From a virus: DNA of 64,000 nucleotides. Every line of letters starts with the position of its first letter. Position 1 is the stretch's first letter. The translations under genes and the position numbers were made by a program. The stretch is from positions 8,412 through 72,411 of IMG/VR virus record IMGVR_UViG_3300045049_000070; one strand, given 5' to 3'. Below, in pieces: positions 56,774 through 64,000 of this stretch. The notes beneath the pieces were generated by a model. It was given only the letters and a program-made list of their open reading frames with translations. It did no database searches and had not been told where the DNA came from.

Positions 56774-57052
56774 ATGACCATGCAGATGCTTTATGACTCT
56801 GAGTGTTACGTGGTAGTTCATGTGCATGCGAATGCGCCATTCGAGGGGGAAGAACAACCTGCGATCATTCGTCACGGTTTTGAAATCGTAGACAAGAAAG
56901 CGAACAAGGAAGTTTATCTGGATGGTACATGGGCAGACATGTTCCAGCGTCAGATCAATGCATGGCAGCTAAACACACCAACACAAGAAGAAGTCGAAGA
57001 ACACCTGGAGGCGCTGACACAGCTGGCACAGATTCCTCTAGTGATACAGTGA
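56774..57052 (+). CDS. DUF3567-like protein
   Basis: MQMLYDS..VVV, GFEIVDK, KEVYLDG.WA, PTQEEVE. Confidence 0.75.
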   Translation: MTMQMLYDSECYVVVHVHANAPFEGEEQPAIIRHGFEIVDKKANKEVYLDGTWADMFQRQINAWQLNTPTQEEVEEHLEALTQLAQIPLVIQ

Positions 57053-57093
57053 ACTAAACTTAATCCAACCGAACCAAACCTGAAAGGAATAAA

Positions 57094-57861
57094 GTGTCGG
57101 AAATAATGGCAGTAGCAGAAAAGAAAGCTCACGAGAATGTGACAGCTAGTCAGATGATTACTGGAATGTTCAGGATTCAAAATGAGTTGAACACCAAGTC
57201 ATACGACAAGACATGGATCGAGAAAGGACTCACACAAGAGTTCGACTATGAGATAGCAGCTGGTGACGAAGTGCATGAATTCCTTCGTAGTTTGCCCTAT
57301 CAGTGGTGGACAAAGGACAAGGAAGATCGTCAGAACCAAGTTACAGAGATCGTTGATGCTTGGCACTTCGTAATGAGTCAGCACATCATCGACCACTTTG
57401 GTGACGTAGAGAAAGCAGCAAATTCTGCATATTCTACTGCACACCATTCTTTACTAAACGATTCGTTTCAACAACTAGAATCGACGGTAAAGCGTCAAGC
57501 AAAGAAATTTGTTGCTGCTATTTACCTGAACAACCTGAATGAAGAACAACACACGCTATCCTATATGCGAGACTTCTTCCTGTTGATGAAACGTGCAAAC
57601 ATTTCACTAGAGCTGTTGTATGCACGTTACATTGGGAAAGCTACCCTGAACAAGTTCCGCGTTGAAAATGGGTACAAGAAAGGTGAGTACGCAAAGATCT
57701 GGCGTCTTCATGGCCTGGAAGGTGAGGACAATATGTTCCTTAGCACATACATCGACGAGCAACTCGCTGTGAAGAGTCATATTCCTACAGCGATCGAGGT
57801 TCGTGACTATCTACATAAGACGTATGAAGAAGTGAAGGCCGCAATGGCACCTGCTTCTTAA
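57094..57861 (+). CDS. dut: dimeric all-alpha dUTPase
   Basis: Q..LN, E..E, WW.K, EIVDAWHF, K..LN.FR..GYK.G.Y.K.W, EDN. Confidence 0.88.
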   Translation: MSEIMAVAEKKAHENVTASQMITGMFRIQNELNTKSYDKTWIEKGLTQEFDYEIAAGDEVHEFLRSLPYQWWTKDKEDRQNQVTEIVDAWHFVMSQHIIDHFGDVEKAANSAYSTAHHSLLNDSFQQLESTVKRQAKKFVAAIYLNNLNEEQHTLSYMRDFFLLMKRANISLELLYARYIGKATLNKFRVENGYKKGEYAKIWRLHGLEGEDNMFLSTYIDEQLAVKSHIPTAIEVRDYLHKTYEEVKAAMAPAS

Positions 57862-57871
57862 ACAGAAACCA

Positions 57872-57920
57872 AAATGACAAGGGGTCTGTAGATTCATCGT
57901 CTACAGACCCCTTTGCTTTT
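57872..57920. terminator. bidirectional intrinsic terminator
   Basis: 14-bp stem AAGGGGTCTGTAGA/TCTACAGACCCCTT between convergent genes. Confidence 0.85.
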
Positions 57921-57921
57921 A

Positions 57922-58164
57922 CTAGACGGTAAACGATTCTGCATCAATTTCAATGTGAAGCCAACCCTTTGAAATGATATGCAACTTACCGTCCTTTGTT
58001 TGCAGACGATGTGTTCCGCTTGAACGCGCAAGGAAGTGTGTTACGTTGTTTAACGTCACAGATCCACGTCTAAAGTGATAAGTCCTGCTCTTTTCCATTG
58101 GGAAGAGTTCCTGCAATACAAGAGCTTCTGCCGTTACTGGTTTTTCATCTTTCTTCTTAGCCAT
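57922..58164 (-). CDS. hypothetical protein
   Basis: AAGGA RBS. Confidence 0.7.
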   Translation of the reverse strand: MAKKKDEKPVTAEALVLQELFPMEKSRTYHFRRGSVTLNNVTHFLARSSGTHRLQTKDGKLHIISKGWLHIEIDAESFTV

Positions 58165-58181
58165 TCTTTATTCCTTTCTGT

Positions 58182-59651
58182 TTAAGCGCGCCACTTACCA
58201 TCTACGATTATCAAAAGCTGACGTTTTCCGTCTGCGTTCAATACACAATGAGCATTGAGCCATGAACTGGCTCCTCGGTTGTATTCCAGACGCAGAAACG
58301 TGCTGGTCCCCACCTGATAACAACCTTCTTCTATTCCAGGAGTATGTGAGTGACCAATGATACTCTTGTTGCTGATGCGACTCAGGTTCTTGATCGATCC
58401 ACGAGCACCATTCGGTCCTAGATTACCGTGCATGCCAAGCTCAACTTCCTGCAACATAAAGCTTTCGTCGATGTCTAGTATTCGACAGTTTGGCAGGTTT
58501 GCACGCTTTAGCCACAGAGCGAATGCTTCTGGGTATTCGGTTCCTTTGGCAGAAAATTTGGTTCCGCGAACCATTGCCAGAGCAGTTTCCAGATAGAATT
58601 CAGCATTTAGCGGATCATTACGCCAATCGTGCGAGTCAATCCAACGGCCAAGGAAATCGTTATGATTTGATGGGACAACGACCGATTCTGACCCCTTTGG
58701 CGTATGCGCGGCAATGAATTCAATTGCACGTTGAACTTCGTCACGCACACTTGCCGAGTTACCGACAAATTTGCCAACTTTCACCAACGGCTTTCCTGCA
58801 TGGTGTGGATTCACTGAGTAACCATCCAACAGATCATGCCACACTAGATACATAGGTTTTAGAGCGGAAACTATACCGTTCTTTCCAAACGTAGCCTCTA
58901 TGACTGCTGGATCTGCAGAATCTACGTGTGTATCGCCCATCACAAGAGCTAAAGCACGAGGTGCTTTCTCTACGCTATTTGCACGATATGTTTTATCAAG
59001 GTCAGTGCATGATCCGGAGACTTGATCGAAATGCAAATGTCGTAAGAAGAATTTAGTTGGTCCGTCTATCTCGACCAACACGGCGCTCAGGGAATGATGG
59101 AACTCACCTACAGCACCGGCTCGTGAATCTGTATAGTTTGGAATCGTGCAGGCACCTGTCGTTGTCAGTATCTTTGCCATACTATTGCTAGTGGCAGGAA
59201 CTGCTTTCATCTGGAGCTTTGTGTGTCCAATGATGCCTGAACTCGCGTTTGCAAACGCATCGAATCCCGTTAGAGGCGACGACGCTGTGGGTTGCGTTTT
59301 GATGTCACCTAAGATCGCAATATTCTTGTTGAACGACGCCCTACGATTCCATAGGTAGGGTTCTACTTCCTTTACCCAATATTCTTCGTTAGACGCACTA
59401 GCGCTCCAATGAGAAGTAGGATTCTTGTATCGGATAGGGATGACCAGCAATTCTGCCTTCAGTACCTTGCTCATATTGAGCAAAATGGCCCACCATACCT
59501 CGTTAACTGGAGTTCCATTCTGTGCCGCAGTAACAATGAATCGCTTACAGGTTTTAGAAATCTTGCGGTCTTCACCGAATTTTGTTAATGGTCTATCTGA
59601 CCGAAACATCGGACTATGAAGAACTTCAAAGTCCTTTAGGCTCTTGCTCAT
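58182..59651 (-). CDS. T5 A1-like metallophosphoesterase/nuclease
   Basis: VTAAQN.TP, RYKNP, GDTH, HD, SNH, HG..G.NG, GHSH. Confidence 0.75.
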   Translation of the reverse strand: MSKSLKDFEVLHSPMFRSDRPLTKFGEDRKISKTCKRFIVTAAQNGTPVNEVWWAILLNMSKVLKAELLVIPIRYKNPTSHWSASASNEEYWVKEVEPYLWNRRASFNKNIAILGDIKTQPTASSPLTGFDAFANASSGIIGHTKLQMKAVPATSNSMAKILTTTGACTIPNYTDSRAGAVGEFHHSLSAVLVEIDGPTKFFLRHLHFDQVSGSCTDLDKTYRANSVEKAPRALALVMGDTHVDSADPAVIEATFGKNGIVSALKPMYLVWHDLLDGYSVNPHHAGKPLVKVGKFVGNSASVRDEVQRAIEFIAAHTPKGSESVVVPSNHNDFLGRWIDSHDWRNDPLNAEFYLETALAMVRGTKFSAKGTEYPEAFALWLKRANLPNCRILDIDESFMLQEVELGMHGNLGPNGARGSIKNLSRISNKSIIGHSHTPGIEEGCYQVGTSTFLRLEYNRGASSWLNAHCVLNADGKRQLLIIVDGKWRA

Positions 59652-59977
59652 GTTGACATCTCACGCAATTTTGCAGCAAACGCCACAGTTCCTGCCCAGA
59701 CGTTCTTTCTGTGACTACCGTTTGATTTAACAGCCACTATGTGAGATTCGAACTGCTCTCTAAAATTTACTAGGTCGGTAGTAGAGATTCCTGCAATCTT
59801 CATGAAATCAATCTCGTACTCCCAGCTCTCCCCTAGTTTTGCTAAAGCATCCTTGATTTTCTTAGGAACTATATAGTTCTTATCGTGAGCTATTCGGAAG
59901 TCCTCGAGAGTTTTTCCTTTGACAGTCGTACGCTCGGACGACTTTACCGCCGCCGGTTTCGCTTTCTTAGAAGTCAT
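59648..59977 (-). CDS. hypothetical protein
   Basis: GAGGA RBS; coupled to A1-like gene. Confidence 0.7.
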   Translation of the reverse strand: MTSKKAKPAAVKSSERTTVKGKTLEDFRIAHDKNYIVPKKIKDALAKLGESWEYEIDFMKIAGISTTDLVNFREQFESHIVAVKSNGSHRKNVWAGTVAFAAKLREMST

Positions 59978-59989
59978 TAGCTTGTCCTC

Positions 59990-60445
59990 TCACTTTTTGG
60001 AAATCTGTTTCAGCCGGTGAACACGTACTGGACGCATTGAACCTGCGTCGATATCACATGCAATTTCAACCGCTCGTACTAGAGCCATGTCTGGATCCAT
60101 CCCAACTTCTGAGAACGCAGCAAGAGCTGCGCGTACAGGACCAGATCCAGTTCCTATTGAATATGGAGCTTTCTCGCGTCGTGGATAAAGCTTGTTGTCA
60201 TACCAGAACAAGCCTCGTTTGTTGAGCGACAAAGCGGCGAATTCGTCGTCTAGTTTCGGTTTCCGTCCTTTCCTTCCACTACGAACCCAGTCCATAAACT
60301 TGGCTCCGTCTACTGCGTCTCCTGCTAAACCGTAGAGAGTTCCTTTGTGTTCATGCACTTTGCTCTCTTCCCATTTCTGGTCGCCATCACTGACTTGCGA
60401 ATCGCATACCATCATAGACAAGTTTGCTGCGACAGTTGTCATCAT
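59990..60445 (-). CDS. Ntn-hydrolase (HslV/proteasome beta-like) peptidase
   Basis: N-terminal TTVA...CDSQ, LAG, IGTGSG, AV.IA..D. Confidence 0.7.
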   Translation of the reverse strand: MMTTVAANLSMMVCDSQVSDGDQKWEESKVHEHKGTLYGLAGDAVDGAKFMDWVRSGRKGRKPKLDDEFAALSLNKRGLFWYDNKLYPRREKAPYSIGTGSGPVRAALAAFSEVGMDPDMALVRAVEIACDIDAGSMRPVRVHRLKQISKK

Positions 60446-60450
60446 TGTTC

Positions 60451-61044
60451 CTATGTCTTAAATTGACGTGTGTCAGGTTCGGATGAGGGTGCAGAGTCAG
60501 GGTTTCGATTGGGAGCAGATTGTTCCGGAATCGGCGACTTTGGAGTAACTTCCGACGGAACTACGCGACGTGCAGAGTATGGATATTCATCTGTGTTTGG
60601 AGGACTTCCCCCATCTGATCCTCTTGTGCCACGCTCCATAATCGCCGTTCCGCCTTGTCTATGGATCTGTTGGGCGTTGTTCACAGCTTGTTCCATTTGT
60701 TTTGACCACGGTATACGTTGTAGTCTTGACGCTTGTGACCAAGGCTTTCTACTTAGGATCATTATGTCAATCCATTCCTTGGTCGAACTGTCTGCCGAAA
60801 GAACAACCGTATGTCCTAGATAGACGAACTTCTCTGGTAACTTCGATGGGTAAGCGTATCCTAGATGTTGTCCAATGATAGTGAAGCTGAAGAATGCTGC
60901 AACTATTAACACCGGACCGATTACCCACCGAGCTAATAGATTCTTATCAGACGTGTAATAGACGTATACGCACAGGGCGACAAATAATGTGCATAGTACG
61001 ATGATCGGAGCAAAGAGCCAGAGTTGATATTGTAACAAACTCAT
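60451..61044 (-). CDS. two-TM membrane protein of MotAB-like cassette
   Basis: two N-terminal TM helices and a soluble domain. Confidence 0.7.
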   Translation of the reverse strand: MSLLQYQLWLFAPIIVLCTLFVALCVYVYYTSDKNLLARWVIGPVLIVAAFFSFTIIGQHLGYAYPSKLPEKFVYLGHTVVLSADSSTKEWIDIMILSRKPWSQASRLQRIPWSKQMEQAVNNAQQIHRQGGTAIMERGTRGSDGGSPPNTDEYPYSARRVVPSEVTPKSPIPEQSAPNRNPDSAPSSEPDTRQFKT

Positions 61045-61052
61045 CTTAGTCC

Positions 61053-61682
61053 TTACTGTCCATTAAGACCTTGTTGTATGAACGGTATCTGGTCTTCAGT
61101 GTTGATGTTTGTTACTTGACCATCAGGAGTCAATTCGAACGAAACCAACGTTACCTGATCCCCAGGACGTGTTAACGATCTCGTACCATGTGCAACTTCT
61201 TTGAAGACTGGATTAATGTCGGTTAACTTGAAGTTAACCGCAATCTCTTTAGCCCAACTATCATCGACCTTTGCGTCAACGCTTATATGAGCAAAGTAAT
61301 GAGCGTTCACCACATACTTGCCTGGGATTATTGCCCGTATAGTGATAATCTCCTTATTGACTTCGATGATCTTCTTTTCACCTGTCAACGGATCTGTATA
61401 CGTATCACCGTAAGCGCCTCTATCATCTCGGTCCAGGACGGCTATACCTTGATCTTTTGACGAATAGCCAACTCTCTTTCCACCCGGAAGTAGCATCCAC
61501 AAGTCCATATCATCAGTGGACTTTGGATCCCATTCCATTTCGACAACAACTTCTGCTTTCTGTTCTATACTCTTCTTATTCTGTTGCGCCGTCTGCAATT
61601 GGAACAGCATGAACAACAGAAAGAACATGAGCATCAAGTTAGTCAGCGTATCTATATACGCGATGCTCGTGCTTCGATTCAT
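61053..61682 (-). CDS. MotB/ExbD-like single-TM protein with YfaP-like beta domain
   Basis: AYIDTL.. TM with Asp; W....DDMDLW; LDRDD; E.I.I...PG.Y.V..HY. Confidence 0.6.
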   Translation of the reverse strand: MNRSTSIAYIDTLTNLMLMFFLLFMLFQLQTAQQNKKSIEQKAEVVVEMEWDPKSTDDMDLWMLLPGGKRVGYSSKDQGIAVLDRDDRGAYGDTYTDPLTGEKKIIEVNKEIITIRAIIPGKYVVNAHYFAHISVDAKVDDSWAKEIAVNFKLTDINPVFKEVAHGTRSLTRPGDQVTLVSFELTPDGQVTNINTEDQIPFIQQGLNGQ

Positions 61683-62167
61683 GGACGATTACCGACCAGA
61701 CCGAGATTCAACACTTGTGCTTTGGTCAACACGCTACAGATTAGTCCCATAAGCGTATTGGACAACGCAATAGAGCCTGCCAAAACCATCTTTGTTGTTG
61801 ACTCCTGAAGAGTGGCAGGATCAGCACCTGATTTGAAGGCACTCATCATCATGATGAAGCCGATCACTGTACCAATTAGGCCAAGTGTTGTCATCAGATC
61901 AGGCAGATACTGTACTATTTCGTTATATAGATCTTCTGGATGAATTGTTAACGAAATAGTCTGTCCGGTTAATCGCCGATTGTATGACGAACACCAAGTT
62001 AGCCAACCTACAAAGAGCGAGCATGTGAAGTAAGCAGTTAGAGTAACAAAACTCACTTTGTAAACATCTAAGTCCCATAACTTAGACATTAAGCCAAAAA
62101 GGCTGAGCGCACCGATGATTACCGTGCTACAAACGAAGATGAACCACCACTTCAACATGCCGACCAT
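61679..62167 (-). CDS. MotA/TolQ/ExbB-like proton channel protein
   Basis: 4 TM; LGLIGTVIGF and ALSNTLMGL signature helices. Confidence 0.75.
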   Translation of the reverse strand: MVGMLKWWFIFVCSTVIIGALSLFGLMSKLWDLDVYKVSFVTLTAYFTCSLFVGWLTWCSSYNRRLTGQTISLTIHPEDLYNEIVQYLPDLMTTLGLIGTVIGFIMMMSAFKSGADPATLQESTTKMVLAGSIALSNTLMGLICSVLTKAQVLNLGLVGNRP

Positions 62168-62176
62168 AACATACTC

Positions 62177-63877
62177 CTATTCAGATTGATTCTTGATCTT
62201 TTCAAGACCACGTGGAGGGCGTAAGCCAACTTGATCCCAGAATGAAAGCATCACTCCTGGATCGAGGTAACTTTTCATCGCAGTTGCTCCAGTAACCTTC
62301 TGTTGTTTACCAACTCCCCTAACATGACCTAGCGTAGCACCGACCTCTGTCACAAACTGCTTGAACAACGCATCAGCCTGTGCTTGGTTCATCGTGTCTG
62401 GTTTCAACTTGGCTTTGTTCTTCTCCATTAGTTGCATGAAGATCTCAGTGCCTTTAACGTGACGCAACTTATGTGCTGTCACATTCGGTGGTCCCCCAAG
62501 ACGACGTAGCATTCCAGTTACTTCTCCACCGATGATAGGACGCATCCTTCCGTTTGGAAGCTCGTATTGAAATACTGGATCCTTAGGCTGCTTTCCGACC
62601 AAGAACTTCTTGATGTTCGCTACAAGATATTTGGCTTGTTGAGACCCTGTTCCTTGAATGACATGTGATTGTCTCACAGCGTCTTTTCCAGGATATACGA
62701 TCGTGATCACGTTTCCGTTTACCTTGAAATGCCGTGCTTGCAGCGTAGCGATTCCAAAGGTAGAAACGTTTTTGCCATTAACACTTGTTGCGTTACCTTT
62801 AGTTCCAACTCGTGCAGAGAACTGATACAGTAGTTCTAGGACAGTTGCCTGAACACAAGGCTTGGATAAATCGTTTCGTTTCAAATACGTCTGCCACGAA
62901 TTGTGGATCTTTTCCATGACGGCCATTAGCTGATGGACCATCTCAAATTTCTTACTGTTCTTTTGTTTTCTAAAGTCGACAGTGTAGACGTGCTGACTTA
63001 CTTCACCATTCTTTTCGTTGATAGTGGTAAACACATAGCCGTCATCCAGCTTCGGATTATAGTCAGGATTCATCTTGATCGTGAACCCAGAACCTTTTGC
63101 CGGAACACCACCATTGATCGCCTTCCCGGCCATTGTGTAAGTCTTGCCGTTTGCGTCTATCAGACCATCAAAACCCGGTTGCAACGGATGATCGATCTTC
63201 TTGCTGTTTAAGTAGTTCAGCACATCCTTGTAAGGAACAGCTTTCTGCTTAGACTTGACTATATATGCGTTCATCTCGTCTTTCCACACAAGGTTGTATT
63301 GCTTGCGGAGACGCATATACTCGCGGAAGATTTCTTTGTTCTTAGCACGCAGTTTTTCTGCCTGATCTTTGGTAAGAATGATTCCCTTCTTACCTGACAC
63401 TTTAGTTACGATCTTTTCTAATGGACGAATAAAATCCTTCTGTGATTGAGCTTCCGGAGCCAACGCTCGTTGAAGTACCGGCTCGTCCATTGCATTTACC
63501 AGCTTTCGTATCTTGCGCAAAGCTGGTTCACCATAATTGATTAGATAGGCAGAAGTCGCGGCCAGCAGGTCAACAGTGTTGTGATCGAACTTGCGGTCAG
63601 AACGTATTTCGTCTCTGACCGCTTGACGAAGTGTTTTCATCCTTGACGAAAGATCTTCTTCGTCTACTGTTTCTCCCTTTATTATACGTAGCAGAGTGCC
63701 TACTACATCCACTACCATCGCTTGTTCTGCTCTTTTAGCGCCTGAAACAACGGATGTTGCCAGCGTTTTCAGTTCTTGAGTAGTTGATCCGCGTGCGGTG
63801 ACAGCACACGCGGCTACTAGAAGCTTGATAAGTGATTCCAATTGCTGATTTGGAATCCCGGCAAACACGAAATCCAT
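62177..63877 (-). CDS. type IB DNA topoisomerase-like protein
   Basis: catalytic pentad ARVG (R), PGK (K), HKLR (R), LGH (H), KSY (Y). Confidence 0.78.
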   Translation of the reverse strand: MDFVFAGIPNQQLESLIKLLVAACAVTARGSTTQELKTLATSVVSGAKRAEQAMVVDVVGTLLRIIKGETVDEEDLSSRMKTLRQAVRDEIRSDRKFDHNTVDLLAATSAYLINYGEPALRKIRKLVNAMDEPVLQRALAPEAQSQKDFIRPLEKIVTKVSGKKGIILTKDQAEKLRAKNKEIFREYMRLRKQYNLVWKDEMNAYIVKSKQKAVPYKDVLNYLNSKKIDHPLQPGFDGLIDANGKTYTMAGKAINGGVPAKGSGFTIKMNPDYNPKLDDGYVFTTINEKNGEVSQHVYTVDFRKQKNSKKFEMVHQLMAVMEKIHNSWQTYLKRNDLSKPCVQATVLELLYQFSARVGTKGNATSVNGKNVSTFGIATLQARHFKVNGNVITIVYPGKDAVRQSHVIQGTGSQQAKYLVANIKKFLVGKQPKDPVFQYELPNGRMRPIIGGEVTGMLRRLGGPPNVTAHKLRHVKGTEIFMQLMEKNKAKLKPDTMNQAQADALFKQFVTEVGATLGHVRGVGKQQKVTGATAMKSYLDPGVMLSFWDQVGLRPPRGLEKIKNQSE

Positions 63878-64000
63878 TTGTCTATCTTTCTACTGGAGTT
63901 ATCTTGTAAGTGTAACCGGAGTCTCTATCCTTGAACAAATCAATGTAAATGTTCGACTTATGCTTTAGGATGTTGCTCTCGCCACACCATCGGACCACCG

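Noticed and set aside
1-64000. tRNA/rRNA genes or stop-codon reassignment
   Set aside because: No cloverleaf or rRNA-like stretches were seen in the short gaps, and genes are full length under the standard code with TAA, TAG and TGA all used as stops.

Overview
This window is a gene-dense segment of a large (jumbo) tailed-phage genome. The gene content most resembles, from recall and not from a database search, the RSL1/Lu11/PaBG/Y3-type myoviruses: family A DNA polymerase with a long N-terminal extension, RecA, SbcCD, a DnaX-like clamp loader, RuvC, a giant SNF2 helicase, a type IB topoisomerase, NAMPT and a dimeric dUTPase. A DUF3567-like gene hints at a Burkholderiales host. I found no tRNA, rRNA, CRISPR array or transposon. 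The strongest unexplained signal lies at 7.3-24.7 kb. About 16 mostly unrelated proteins (kinase-like, GNAT, PolX-SWIM, ART-like, RMF-like and many orphans) are interleaved with virion genes and share one of two short N-terminal peptides, M[APT]I[TKSI]N[RK][IV]xA or MK[IL]xAxxRLxx[ILA]A. I infer these are capsid-targeting/cleavage leaders for injected effector proteins. Other highlights are two candidate phage promoter motifs (TAATTTGAT, TGTAAAT), a duplicated structured 5' leader, a recurrent hairpin family, stand-alone sheath-like (with a Tat signal) and capsid-like fragments, a Tad1-like sponge, block-polyampholyte proteins beside SSB/RecA, and a phage-encoded MotA/MotB(ExbBD/ZorAB)-like three-gene membrane cassette. 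All family assignments come from motif recognition by eye.
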